From assembly GCA_965637545.1 (NCBI GenBank), contig OZ281499.1:3100001-3164000 (forward strand): DNA of 64,000 bases, given 5' to 3'. The notes beneath the pieces were generated by a model. That model was not told the DNA's origin. It saw only the letters and a list, made by a program, of their open reading frames with translations, and ran no database searches. Position numbers and translations under genes: made by a program. Every line of letters starts with the position of its first letter. Positions within the stretch are counted from its first letter, which is position 1. This document shows positions 1-14,300 of the stretch, one piece after another. This DNA comes from Phallusia mammillata (Eukaryota).

Positions 1-3000
1 TTGAAAGATAATTTTATAACAGTGCTCAACTTAAACTTTACTTCGGCGGCTATATTTTATTTTATGAAACGCAAAAAGAATTATTGGTCATTTGACGTGC
101 AATGACTCAAACCTTGGCGACGGGAAATGGTTTCATGTTATGGGTCACACTTCAAAATGCTGTTGCTTCCAGCGTAATGTGACAATACTTCGTGTGCGGC
201 CAACAGCTTCTGATATATAGTATTTTACTAGGCTAAACAACTGCTAGCACCACTATACAAAGTGTCAAGTACAAGTTTGTAAATATTAAAATAATGGCTA
301 ATGCTGTTAAAAAACGCACGTACATACATCTGTTTTAGTAACATTTAAACATATTTGCTTAAAGCTCGTTCGAAACTCATTGAAAAACAGCGGTAATGTG
401 AACCTACCTACAACAGATATCGATTAATCTTAAGACAGTAAGCCTTTTTACATTGAGCTTTTAAGCGTTCTACACGCATTTCTCTCGTTTCGGAAAAAGA
501 AAAACTGCAAAGCGTGTAAGACATCTCCGATTTTTATTTGTACGGTTTACCGAAAAAATGCACTTGACATTGCCACACGACGTTCACTTTCACTGGACAT
601 ATAGATACAAGTATTGCATTTAGTCAAAACCTTACTGCAACTAATATCCGAAGCATGGCAATGAAACCCGTTCATGCATCAATCAATCCACCACGACCTG
701 AACAATACCTGACACGAATCGCGTTACGTTAATCCCGCCAAGTTACCAGTCTCGATTAGTAAAGACACGAATTATTGCAAACGGAAGGAAAACTAGTGAC
801 GAGTCATACTGCGTATGTGTGGGATTAAGCTCCATCCTTTGCGTCATCGTTTCTTTATTGCATTTTTTAATAAGACAGAAAACAGGCTTTCATATAGTAC
901 AGCCATCGTTACTGTACAACTTTTTCTCCTTCATTTGCCAAGACAGTAACCGCTAATGTATTGGTCTTTATATTCTTGCCACACTGTTTATAGTATAGCC
1001 TTGTAAGCTTATTGACTTTAAATTTAACAAAGCCATTCCTAGACCAAAAACTTTGTATTATAATGGAAAAGAGATAAAGTTAAAAAGAAATGAGTGTTTT
1101 AAAGTAGTTGTGACCCACGAAACATTGTACGAACTCGCGGTTGAAACACACTATAACGTTTATAAAGTAGACAATTAATGAAAGCTATCGCCTAATTTAC
1201 CAGAAAACCTTTCATGTTTGGATAAACTTCCTCAAATCTACTTCTTTAAATTCCAATCGCACATATCTTTTACAGGGTTCTGTCTGCTTACACTCTGAAA
1301 CGCTTAAACATTGTGCATTTGAGTAGGCTTTAATATTTTAAACTTTGCTGTATAGCTTAAGCCTGTTAGCGGTTTGCCCCCGAGTCATATTCACTAATCA
1401 GTACATCGTTGTGTACATATGCTGGTTTGCGACTTCACTAAGAGTTGCTTTTCAGACAAGCGTGTATTTTTCCGCCAGCACGTTTGTCGCAAACACTTTG
1501 TTGAGATAAAAAGCTCGTGTGTTCTAACAATAGATTACGTTATGAGCTCTGTTTAGTGACTTTAATGCGAATCATATCTGTTTATTTTTGTTCACTACAG
1601 TTTCTTTTCCTAAGCAATACATTCTGTTCACTGATTTGCAAAAAAACTCAAATACATAATCCTTTCTAAACCAATAATCTGCAGTCACGTTGCTCTAGTG
1701 GCCTTTTTACAGGGTTAGAATTTAAAAAGCGCAGAAGCATTATTTAATTGGCGGTACGGCATTTGCAGTCCGTTTACGTAATGTCAAATTATGCCAGACA
1801 AAACTACCACTCGTTTCGGAGTATAACTGACAATTAATCCAGTTAGTCACTCCATTATTACAAGTCCTGTGTGCACGTATCTTCTGGGAAAGTATGCAAC
1901 AGCACATTTGCGTTGCATAATCTGTATCAGCACTTTCTGGGATTGAATGTAAACGGCTGATGCATGACACGTTTTTAAATAATTTTTAACGGCAGCAAAT
2001 CTAGCACGCTTTATTCAATCAATTTGTCGTTTCCTGTGCAAACAAAACATTCAACAATACTGCGGCAATGCAAACTAGTTCAATAGAAACGACTCTGCTA
2101 CTACATGTTTTATTTGCCCGTCTATAGCGCCCAGTCATTCAGATGAAAACGATGCCTCAAAAGAGAAATAACGGCTAAAAACATTGACCTTGGACCATTT
2201 TTATTGTTTGCACAACACTACAAAAAAGACGTTTATCTATTTTAACAAATGTAATGTCTTTCCAATGATACATACAAGACAAAACAACCTAAGTCAAATT
2301 AAACTTTGTCAAAAAAGTGGAATTTATTTGCCAGGTTTTTAAACAAATGCATATGGCAGTTTTAGCAGCTTTTAAATTATCAGTTCGTAGAAACCAACCA
2401 AATTTCCCTTTTTTTCTTCGTTCCTAACATTGTCTTCTGCATTATGTGCCGGCGGCATAACAAACATTTAAACTCGTTGTCAGTAAAGATTTTGAAGATC
2501 GAATCATGTACCTTTTGGGGAAAACTCCTATGTCCGTAAAATTTCGATTTGGTCCAGTTGCAGGCTTGTAGTTTTGTTTGTGGTCAGGTTTTAACTTAAA
2601 TACAGGGTTCTCTTACAACTGTGCATAGTTTCAAAGGACAAATTAGCGCTTTCGAATTTTGAATGTATCGAAGCATCTGGTGTACCGCATGTTGACCCCG
2701 GTATTAAATTTTAAAAACTACAAAACACACGACACTTGCAATGTACGTGACCGTATATGTAGGGGAAAACCTGCTACCGCAGCTTTTACAAATGATGCCA
2801 TTAGGAATAGCTGTCCAATTTTTTATACCTCCTTTGAGTAACCTCAACAATCTTTCTATGATTGAAAGAAAATAAAAACGAAATTTCCGTTTGTTTGTTT
2901 TTCCTTTGCGCATGGTGACGCTAGAGGACTATGGGAAGTTGCGCTATTAATTGTGCTGACTGGGCTCTGAGTATACGATCCTAAAACATTATTATTAGGT

Positions 3001-3832
3001 GAAAGGTTACCTTTCATTATTTACAATCATTCGCCGTAAAAGGTAATTAGAAACGGAAATTTCGTTTCGAATAACGTTTGCAAAACGAAACTTCGCTTTC
3101 ATGTTAAGTTTGAAAACGAAATACAAGTTGGTTTGGATTACACGATTAAATTAGTTGAATATTACAACATGTGTGGGAATAAATGAAATTGTGACATAGT
3201 TATATTTCAAATTCGATATACTCAAAATGTAAGGATGTTATTTGTGTAGAAAACAGTTCATTTCAATGATTGCATTCTCACTTACACAGGCTAACTCGAA
3301 ATTTTAGTCAACAAATTATTTGTTATAACCTGCAAAGTTTCATGTCATTCCGATGAGCGAATCAAAAATGAGAAACGCGCATCGTCATTATTCGCAGGGC
3401 ATGACCGCTAAAATTAAGGCGCACTGACGACCAGAGAAAGATCTATCGGGTATAAAACATGAACGAATTAACAAAAATACAAACCCCCTTCAGGGAAGGG
3501 GACCCATAATAACTTCCAACATCCGACATGTTTCACTTTTAGTAAATGATGTTCCATCTTCTCATGTTCTTTCGACAATAAAGAATGAAGCGTACAGTAT
3601 CGTTGCTAGGTAACGACATAATTGTTTTTGATAAACAAATATTTATTTTAACCTGGGTAAGATCGCTACTGTTAATGAACTATAAACCTAGCTGACTGCA
3701 AAACTAAAAGTCGAGCCAAAAACGGTACGGAAGTTTCCACGACCTGTAACATTTAAAGGAAAAAAGAGCGTTTCGTGTTAAGTCAGATCCTTGACTGTCA
3801 CCGTTCCCTTGGCAGGGCAACAAAACAGATGG

Positions 3833-4125
3833 AGCTACTAACGTAAAAACTCACAGGAACCAGGTTTGCTAATTTCCGGTACGTGGCGCACGCAAAAATT
3901 AAATGCAATTTGTGTAAAAAATACTTACGGTTAGGGCTATTAGGGTTGGTCTGAGGTTGCATAATAATATTAACAATTAAATCAATCTAAAAACCCAGTT
4001 CTTTATGTTAAAATTTGTCCCCAATCCTACCCGAGCTTCATTGTAAATTTTAAATAACTGCGTTCTTTACGCCATCTACCATAAATTTGCAAACCTGGCT
4101 ACTGTGAGTTCTTACGTTAGTAGCT
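3833..4125. mobile_element. MITE-like element with ~43-bp imperfect terminal inverted repeats (TIRs)
   Basis: agctactaacgtaaaaactcacaggaaccaggtttgctaattt (from 3833) is the near reverse complement of aaatttgcaaacctggctactgtgagttcttacgttagtagct (to 4125). Internal ggttagg-like motifs. Confidence 0.65.
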
Positions 4126-4900
4126 GCGTTCTCACTGCCTCACATGGCGAAACAATAATAGTGGAATGTTTGGGGTTCGTTGCAGGGCACTGAGGCTTAA
4201 AGGGAAGCAGAACCGACCAGTTAATTCTCGAAACAAACCACACCCGGAACTCCACGAAAAATCTTATGGTAAATAGCCTAGTCTACTGTTTGTGAACCAC
4301 GGCGCAAAAAAACACACTAAACTTTCCACGACATGTCGTATTTAAAGAGAAAAGGGACGCCCGAAGTTCGATTACTTTGACAGCGTTCTTGTATCACCGA
4401 ACTTTATAAGTAGGAAACGAAATTATTTTACTGAAAATTAAACGACGAAGGTTTAGGAACGATCGCTCAAACCCCAAATGCGCTTTAATGCTGTGTAATA
4501 TCTTAACCATTAGTTATAAACGCATTTACGTTAAGATTTGAACACAATATTACGTATTAATTTTGATGTCTTTCATTTTAATGTAAGGTGAACAAAGTTC
4601 ATTATAGGCTTTGTCTCAAGAAAATCAACCATCTAAAATCTGCTAAGTCTTGTGACTTTGGGAAGAGCATACTTGGCCACGATTTGCAGAAAACAAGATA
4701 TTAAAAAAACATTTAGTTTTCGGCGTTGCTTGTGGCAGTAGGAAAGGTAAAACTAGTCGGTGAGCAAAACTTGAGCTTGCAGTCAGCTGGAATGATTGGG
4801 GCTCGTTGAAGGGCACTGAGGCGTGAAGGGAGGCAGAACCGAAGATGGCTTAACTTGCAAGGTCTGCAACAAATGTTGCAATGATGCATAACGTGCAAAG

Positions 4901-4902
<2 letters not shown>

Positions 4903-4964
<62 letters not shown>
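4903..4964. repeat. (AC)31 microsatellite
   Basis: Perfect AC dinucleotide run; it produces the spurious CVCVCV ORFs in the track. Confidence 0.98.
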
Positions 4965-4966
<2 letters not shown>

Positions 4967-5360
4967 AAATAAATTTTCGTTTTACAAACGTTATTCAAAC
5001 GACATTAAATTAGAAAAATTCTACTTATTTTTTTTTTCTTGCTATGATTGAAAAGTAGTCCTAATAAGTCTTTAGTTTGGGCAAATTTTGGTTGCAAAAA
5101 AGAAAGCAATGCACCTTTTGACAATGACCGAGTTATATTTTAACCGTATTAAACAAACTTGAATGCATGTGACCAAGCTTAAGGTTATACTAAACCATCT
5201 TTTTGTGATACGCTTTGTTTTAATAAAATTATTGTCTTGATTGTTGAACAAGACTTTTATTAAGCTTTTCAGAACGCCTACAAGTCTATTTGTTTTATTT
5301 ATGTACATAACAATAGAAAAAGAATAACTGACACAAAACTATAAAATGTATTCAGGGTTT

Positions 5361-8300
5361 TTAAATAGCAATGCTGTTTGGAACCCTGGATGGCAGTAGA
5401 AAGGTGTAAGGGTGATCCAGCTTGCTGTTGCGGGCTTTTATCTTAGCTTCGAGTGCTTGTAGATCGCTCATGTAATTATGTTGGATGTCAATGATCTTCT
5501 GCTCTGTGAAGAGACGCTCCGGAAATTGTCCCAAGTAAACCTATACATCGGTAAAGCATTTGCAAATAACTTGATTTTTTATGCAGTTCTGTTGCATGCT
5601 TTGCCATCAATCATATGCGTTTTTCAGGAAATTATGTTAGGTATGGTCGTTAATATCACTCAATATTTTACTCACAAATTTTCATGTAGAAAAAATACAT
5701 TTAAATTGTTGAAGCTATGTTAAAGAAATGTAAGATTATGGTGAACTGCAGTTTAAAATTGCTCATTGTGGTTTGATCTTAAAAAAAAACGCGTCAAGCA
5801 GATATACCGAACCGAAATACTGTTAACATTGGTGAAAAAATCACTTACTTACAGAAATCAAATAACAATCCTATAATAAAGAAATAAATACATTATACAT
5901 ACATACAATATATACCACATTATATACACATAAAAACAACATTATATATACATACAAAAGTATAGTGAATTATTTATTATGCCTACCTCGTTTGGCGAAA
6001 TTGAAGAAAGTTTGTAACTAATTGCAATCGCTGTAGCAGACATTACATTATCAGGCAGGCTGTTTAAAATCCGGCTTTCGTTTGCCTGAAACATAAAACA
6101 TTTTTGTAGCATACTTTAACGTTAAAACTTTTATATACTAGTAACTAGCATCTTCCGATACCCACAGCTAAAATAAACCTATACACACTAAACAAAAAGT
6201 ACGCAAACTTTTCGCACTTATCAAAAACAGAAGTATTGTGCCTTATTACCTTCAGGTGCCTTATAGCAGGGTGTCAAACTCGTGGGGTTCGCGGGCCACA
6301 TCGCAGTTTGGAAATTATGCCGAGGGCCGCATGTGATTTTTAGTCTAGTTTTATACACTTAAACAACCTTTTCGCTACGACGACCGCATTGCAGATCCTT
6401 ATTTCACTAACCGCCGCCAATTTGCTGCTGGTTTTTGTTTAAAAATTACACGAAACATGTTCATATCATATAAATATATCATCTATTGACGCCCCAGAAG
6501 CCTGGATTAATTTCCAACTTAATGTACAGATTAAGACCAGCAGTTTTATTATTACGTCATAATCTATATTGTGACGCTTTTCCTACCTGTTTTTTCGCAT
6601 TGTTTGCACACAATAGGCCTGCAAAATGTCTGTCGCATGGCTACTAGGCTGGTAATACTCTTTTCAGTAACACAAAATCTATTTAGGGCAGTTTGAAAAT
6701 CAGATGTTTTGGAAAAGGAGTTTTAAATACATCACGCCTGCCAGTACATACATTTTAATGCGGTCGTATGGCCGCGGGTTGTACGCCCTTGACTGAAACT
6801 TTAAGAACGGTTTAATTACTATCGTTTCTATTCATAACATATGAATTTGTATGTATAAATTAAATTTCGGTAAACGTATGTTTAAATAATAGCTTTCAAC
6901 TTGAAAAGTAAAAAAAAATTAATATAATTAGATAAAAATCTGACAAAAAAACTACAATTGTTGCTGACTGCTTGTGGGCCGCATTGGAGGGCTTCGTGGG
7001 CCGCCGCCTGCCTTATAGTAAGGAAAGCATTCTGAAACGTGTTAGCAAAACAATGCACTTACTTCACCCTTTTTGTGCGGTGGCAACCTCATGCCTAGAG
7101 GAGAATTCGGGATAAACTTGTAGTTTTCAAACTGTCCAGAATTTACAGCGGCGTGTTGAACTGTACTTGTAAACATCAATATCACGCAAATTTCCACCTA
7201 AAACGACACAAAAACACAAGTTGATTAGGAATCACCTCTTTTTATGCGTGATTGGTTTGCGCTAGTTTAAGTGTGAATGTTATTTACTTGTACAAAACCA
7301 ATCAAGCAAAATCTATGTTTTTTAACAAGGATTTATCTTATTGAGCAAGTAAACTTTCTAACATAGTATATAGGCTACCGTTGGTGCCGCTTTTAGCTCT
7401 AGTTTAGGTAGAACAAGAGGCTTAAGTTATAATTAAGTCATTGGTTGGGAAACCATGCGTTCTTTTCCGATCGTATATTTCACGCATCACCGGTTTTGCG
7501 TTTTTTCCTCAGGCGCCTCTTTCGAATTTGTCCAAAGGCACCGTTGCTGTTTCAAGTGCTAAGGCAGACAGGTGTTTCGTGTTTTGAAACGACTTGTTTC
7601 TGATTGTGGACTTGCAACTTGTCAGTGCAAATGCTTAGTTACTTTTTGCCTCTTATTTAGTCGATTTAGGATCTGTTTAGCGCTAGGATTGGTATTGTAA
7701 GGTGTATAAGATATTAGGGTTTTACTGGAAAAAAAGTTTTACTACAGAACAGATACCTATGCCTTTATCCCTTGTTATTGAGTTGTTTTTATAAACTAGG
7801 CATTGAGCTTAGTAGCATTTACGACTATGACTGACAGGAAAATGAAGTTTTTTGGAGCGTTAGTCTTATTTTTTGAGTAGTGTAAAATCAGTGCATAGTT
7901 TAAATTTAAATTAATATAAAAGTTAACATTATTCATCCGCGAAGCCAATAACCTCAATCAATAAAATGTTCACAATTTTAGCATGTTTTATAAACAATTA
8001 CAGCTTTTCTAGTTGTTATGTTACGTCGTTTTCATTAACTGATTTTATTTACATTTTTGCAGCCAAAATTATCGGTCTGTTACGTCATAACTAATAATTT
8101 ACGGAACAATCATTGTGTGACGTAAACGTTCTATTACCTCATCGCCGCGCTTGCATGACTTTAGGATGAGGCTGCTTAGTTTAAATTAAAATACATTTAC
8201 GCTGTGCTAATTCTAAATAGAATTGTATTGGGGATGGAAATAAAAAGCAGCTGCTTGTAGCAAACTACTTTTCGGTTTTCAAGATGGGCTTGAATTAGAT

Positions 8301-11300
8301 GACAAATTGTGCAATTTCGGTAAGTTTGTCCAAATTATTCATTAAACTGTGTAAGTATCTGTGCTCTGTTGTAGTACTAAGTTTACTTGCGCATATCTTA
8401 CTGTGTGAAATCCTTACCCTATTTGCACTATAAAAAAGTTGTGTAAATTACATTAATCACAACAGTTGGAAAAAGTTGGGTCGCCTGTAAATTCTGTTGG
8501 GTCGCCAGTTTTTGTGAAAATTAGAGCATCTACGTTTCGTAGCGTTATTTTGTTGTTTCCCAAGGCTGTTGTTTTCCCAATTGTTTCCAATGACAATTTC
8601 ATGACTATTTGGCGTGATAGTGAATTATTCTGTTTGTGACGTCATAATGTTTGTGTGAGATCACTGTTAAGCGTTGTCTGGCTCATAATGCGTTGAACCA
8701 GCTCTGAAGTTGGCGGAAAAACGAATAATGTTTGTGTGATGTGTTTTTTTCAAACTAGCGTAGTAATTTTCGAAAAACTTTCCTGTTTTACAAACAAAAA
8801 TACAACCAAACTAGCAAGAATGCATATCCATGGGTCGCGAGAAGCCACAAAACAAAATTTTGGTAAGTATTTGGGTCGCGACAAAAAATGGTTGGGAACC
8901 ACTGGTTTAGGTAATGAATTTTTTTTTGCAAAATCTAGAAAATCCAAACGTGGCTGAGCGTATGTTCTAGATGTTTGGAATAGCGTCCACGTTGTAAAGT
9001 TACCTAACATGGTCTTTTGCAAAGATGTAAGTTGTGCAGATTTCTTAACTTGAGCAACATTTAAGTTTATTATGTTTGGCACAAGTAATTTGTTATTGTA
9101 CCACCCCACAATCGCCATCGGAGTTTAAGTTCAAGCTTTTATTTTGCGTTTTCGTTGGGTAACGCTGCAGGCGTTTTATTTTTTTTCACAGTTTGAATTT
9201 TCATTTAAAGCCAATGTAAGCAATGAAACTACAGGTATAATTTTTGGCAAAGCGATACACACCAGCAGATAGAATGCTGCTTATCATTTCAACCAAAAAA
9301 TACCGGACCAAATCTCATAGTAATTCACGTGTAAAAACGTTTAACGTTAAAAGAAATAATACTCGTATTAATAGTGTCGGTTACCAGTTGGTTGATTGTT
9401 GTCAGTTTTTCTGACATCCCCTTGGTGTCGCTGCTTTGCCAACCCAGACCTTCCTTAGCTACGTCTTTTGCCCAGGCATGCAGTTCAAAATCTCTGCCTA
9501 CATCCTGTAAATGTGACAGTTTACAAGCACTTGAGATTATACGTGTAAGGCCCCGTAGAAACTGTAGGGATCGCCACCAACCGGATATACTGTGTAATAG
9601 TGTTTCAGAAAAGTGTAAAAGTTAACTTTGATTAGGCTAAGCATAAGTTTGATGACAGTACATTTTCTTCTCTGCTAAAGTTTATAAAAACCGTTTCAAA
9701 TGACAATATGTTAGACTTACACAAACGTTTTTGTCAACATGGCCTGCAAAGAGTATCTAAAGATGTTATACTAGATAATGTAGGGCATACGTTTTTTCCA
9801 ATGTGCGTTATTGATCGCTTGGCCAGTATGCGTTAATTTATTTTTCACTTATAGTATTTTTTGGTTTGTTATTTTATCTACTGTAATGGCCTTTTTCTTA
9901 CCACGTCGCTTTTGTAATAATGTCGAATTACGGAATTGACATATTTTTCCATAATTTTCCAATGTCCAACGACGTCGTTTCTGTATTGATAATTCGGCAA
10001 AAAATTGGGGTCGTCCGTTCCTGACACATAAATTGAAATACTTATTTTCTAATGCAAGAACAGGTTGTGTATGCCAAATCTCTCTCGGCTTTTCCTTCTG
10101 GTTTTGGCGTTGTATTTTGTTATGAGATAAACAACCTTTCTGGTTTTCAAATTAAAGTGAAAAATTAATTTGAAACGCTGGTTTAAAAAGTTGAAAGCAT
10201 TGGTATAAATGTTATGAATACTCCTACCGTTTTTCCTTAGTTGAAGTGGGATGTTCAAATCGGATAACTTGAACGTCCTGTAAGCCTTTCTTGCCAAATG
10301 CGCTGCAGCTGTAACAATATTTTGTAAGTGACATTATAACACATACGTTTCATTACATCCCGTCTTTAAACAAAGTAAAGCGTTTAACCGGGAACACAGG
10401 TATTCTTGACATTACAGTTAGCCTCTTAATTGATCGTCACAAGATTAGAATATATGTTTTTGTCGTTTCAACTTACAGACAAAGGCGGTTATTCGCATAT
10501 ATATATATATATTTGTTTAATTGCTTAGGTATGTCAAATTAGCCATTTGTTAACAAAATCTTCAAGGATATCTCTAAGTCAGTATCTCATAGATAATTGC
10601 ATTAAAAAACAAGGCAAATTAATCATGTGAAATTATTTATGATGCAGAAATGGTTTTATAACTTACATATGGAAATCCCCTGACTAGAGAGCGCATGTGG
10701 TGGAAGAAGGCTCGTTCTTACGTCAGTGTTCTTTGCCGGCACCATGCGGAGGAATGGGCGGAGAAGTTTAAATACTGGATGAGAGCGGGGTAAACATCGG
10801 AACACAGACACCGCGAAGGGCTCCAATACTAAGTGAGTGTCTAATAGGTTTTCGATCCACTGCAGAAGACAGTTACAATGTTTGTTATGTTTTGGAAAAA
10901 CAAATACCTGGATTTTACTGTTAAACAAATGTTGTGAAGAATTGTGTCATACCGTCCTTATTTCTGAAACTCGCCCCTTTTTTAATGGGCGGCGTTTTAG
11001 AAATATGGTTATCCTTTAACTACAGACAGTGCACACTGTTTCGACCTGTATAGTTCATCAGTGGGCGCATTGGTTAGTGTAGCCAACCAATATAGCCTAC
11101 CTCTCGACACCAGTTGCACTGACTGCAGCTTATACATAAACACCTTATAGGTCGAAACATGGTGCACTGTCTGTAGTTTATCATTTACTGGCTTGATGCT
11201 TTTTACATGGTTACCCTTCTCAAGAAATGTCCTTGTATTTAGCTCGCGCTTTGTTTTGTCCTTTTTTTTATTAACGTCCACAAATTTCTTCACCCCGGAG

Positions 11301-14300
11301 CAGTGGTTCTCAAACTTTTCAAACTATCAGCGCAGTAGCAAACTACTTTTTTATTCCGTGACACACTTCGTATGCCAATTTTGCAAAATGTTGTTGAAAG
11401 AAAATTAATTTGCAATTGTTATAGGTAGGGTTGATTTTTATCACCAACAAGTCCTATCTTATCAGAGAGTATATACACTTTTTGATTTAGCTAATATTTT
11501 TTGGCCCACAGTTTAAGAAGCACCGCCCCAGACGAATTATAGTAGCGCAGTAACTTGCGTGATGTGTATGGATACTAATGTTTCCTTGAAATTTAGCGTT
11601 TGGCACAAATCAATTGGTTGACATCAGTGACTTGAATACAAAGATTTGCTTATTTAATTCTATGTTTTTATTTTTGTTTTGTACAGTACCTGATGCATAT
11701 TGCTCTGTGCGCACCGGAAGTACATCTTGGCAAGCAGCCAATCCTCCTTCCGGTCGTTGGGAGTGAACACGTGATCCCGGCTACCAGGGACCAGTTGAAT
11801 TGCCAGAGGAACACATCTTCTCGAATTATTGACGTAAAACAGTCCGATACAGTCTTGACAGTGGAGGGGATTTCCCGTCGCGTAGTGCTTTACGCGGGGA
11901 ACGCCCTTCAGCGTTTCGTGAAAATCGGCGATGAAGATTTTTCCCGCCTATGTCAAAAAATTGAAATAACTTAAAAAGTAATCCCCGATTGTTATTTACC
12001 TTAGAAACAGTGGGAGAAATCAATTTTTTTGTCAGTCGATTCTATCACAAAAGTCATATTTTTCATCCTGTTCTGTTACAAAATCCATTTACATTAACCA
12101 GTAACGCTAACCGGTTCGCTGATCTCATAAAACTTCGTGAGACGGTTCTATAGAACCGGTGCGAACCGGCTGAATCCCACCACTGCTTAGAAGCTTAACT
12201 ATCTTTTATTCTAAAGCACCTTTTATTACATTGATATTGTAAAACGTCATACCCTTATTTCTCCTTCGATAGTTGTGTGGTCATCAAGGATCAAGGCGAC
12301 GTCCATGTTGGTAATTCTTGCGGTCGGAGGGATTGCATTGCAGCGTTTAAAACACAGAGGACTGACGCCATTGAGAACATGCTGAACAAAAGCCTTGTCG
12401 GTATACCAGCTGCAAATGCAAAGACTTTTCACTTGAACACGACTTGGTGCGCAAAATGTGTTGTCATTCGTGGTTCTTTAATCATTGCAGGTGAGCTTTT
12501 AAACCATACTGGCTAGGATAAACATATGTCATTTACTGGGATCAGCCCTATAGCGTTCCTGCACATCAGAGACCAACAATTAGGATACACTTATAAATAA
12601 ATCGTAGTACCTAACCCATATTGACGGCGTTGTATCGAATTCGAATCGAGCTGGTCTCTAAGACATCGTTTGGCTTCTGTCGTGGTTCGCATTCCACCAC
12701 CACCCTTTTCTGGCTTATATACCATCACATGGGAATGCTTGGGAGACCAGCTCGGTTCGGTACACCGCTTTCAATAGGCGTGGTGTACTGTGACTTAAAC
12801 TAAATTTAATCTGCGATCAGGAAACACTGTTAACTTACTCATTTAGGTTTGGTTGTTTTTCGCCTTTCGGTGGCAAACTCGCATAAAGAGCTTTATAATC
12901 TTCAAGTTTGTTGATGGATTTCGCTGTTTCTGTGATGTATATTATAGAAGTGGTTAAATGATTGTCAGGCAATGTTTTTGCTATCTTCCGTGTTTTAGTT
13001 TTAGAAATTCTAAGGTTCATAACCTCGCCGTTATTTTTTTAAGATTTGGTTGCTGTTGGGTTTGAATTTGACCACAAATAGACGATCCCACTATCTTGCA
13101 CCTAGTTGGGAATGAATTTGAGAAAAAATGATTTGCACCCAAACCAATTAAAAAAGTGCACTTGAATGCAACATGCTTAACAATTTGGGCTTTTGGTATG
13201 TTGGTGATGGATCTATCCAATGATTTGCAGCTGTCCAAATCTGGATCAGTGACCGACTTCTAATGTTATGTTAGTCGCTTTCAATTGATAGTGAAGGTAA
13301 AGTATGACTTTTTAACAAAAATCTTTTGTTCATATAAGACATTTTAATGCATTGTAGACAATTACATTGTGTATTGTAGCTCGTTGTGAAGCAATAGTTT
13401 TAAAAACCTAGCCCGAGGGCACAAATCAGTCTTTTTTGTGATTCCTTTTTAAAAGACTGGTGCAAACTACTATTACACACAACAAATTTTAATTTTGGCA
13501 TAACAAGTAAGTTGGCACACGGCGTAAACGAGTTGCCGACCCTTGCACTAAACCATCTACTTACTTCCTATGTCTTGAAAGACTGAATTTAAATCAATTT
13601 CAAAACCGGATCCAACGAAGTGGTTGGCGCGAATCTCGTCGCGTTGAAAAATTTTCGGCAACTGTTGGTACGTGGAAGCATTGACGTGACGAGGGAATCC
13701 CCACCCTATGTCAATGGGTTTGGGCATCGGAATCCACGCGAACTTGCTTCGGTTTTTCGCCACCTCTTGCAGGCGTAACTTCTTCACTTGGTTGTTGGTG
13801 ACATTTTGGGGAATGCAAGCTGAACGAATAATTTGTGTTGGATATGTTGGATAAATGTTCAAATTCAAGTCGCATGTGGAAAAGTATGACAAGACAACAG
13901 CTAAAACGGTATGATTTATTCCTAATTATGTGTCTGTCTTGCATTTAATGCTTGCACTTATATTAGCATGTGCTTTTCTCATGAAATGTTGTAAAAAATT
14001 CGCGTATATTGGTTTGAACAAACACTTTAATAATAACACACACAAGTATATTTAATTTAGTACGGCGCGTAAAAGGTTTAGAGAAGCAGTTCCCAACCTG
14101 TGTGGTGCCGTGACCCCCTTTTCTAAGATAACATTTGCTAAGTTGCGGTGAAGGACAAACTTAGTGGGCTACATATTAAAACTGACTGTATTTTTTTCTC
14201 AACAATAAAGTGGCCCATTATTGGGCTTAGTGGTCCATGGCCTCAAACAAGTTAAGAACCACTGCCTAAGGCGACTTCAGTTGGGGTCGCGACCCCAGGT

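Noticed and set aside
1-3700. Protein-coding gene in the left flank
   Set aside because: Only short ORFs without recognisable motifs or a consistent exon chain; small exons of a neighbouring gene cannot be excluded.
4713-4998. Cys/Val-repeat ORFs
   Set aside because: Translation of the (AC)n microsatellite.
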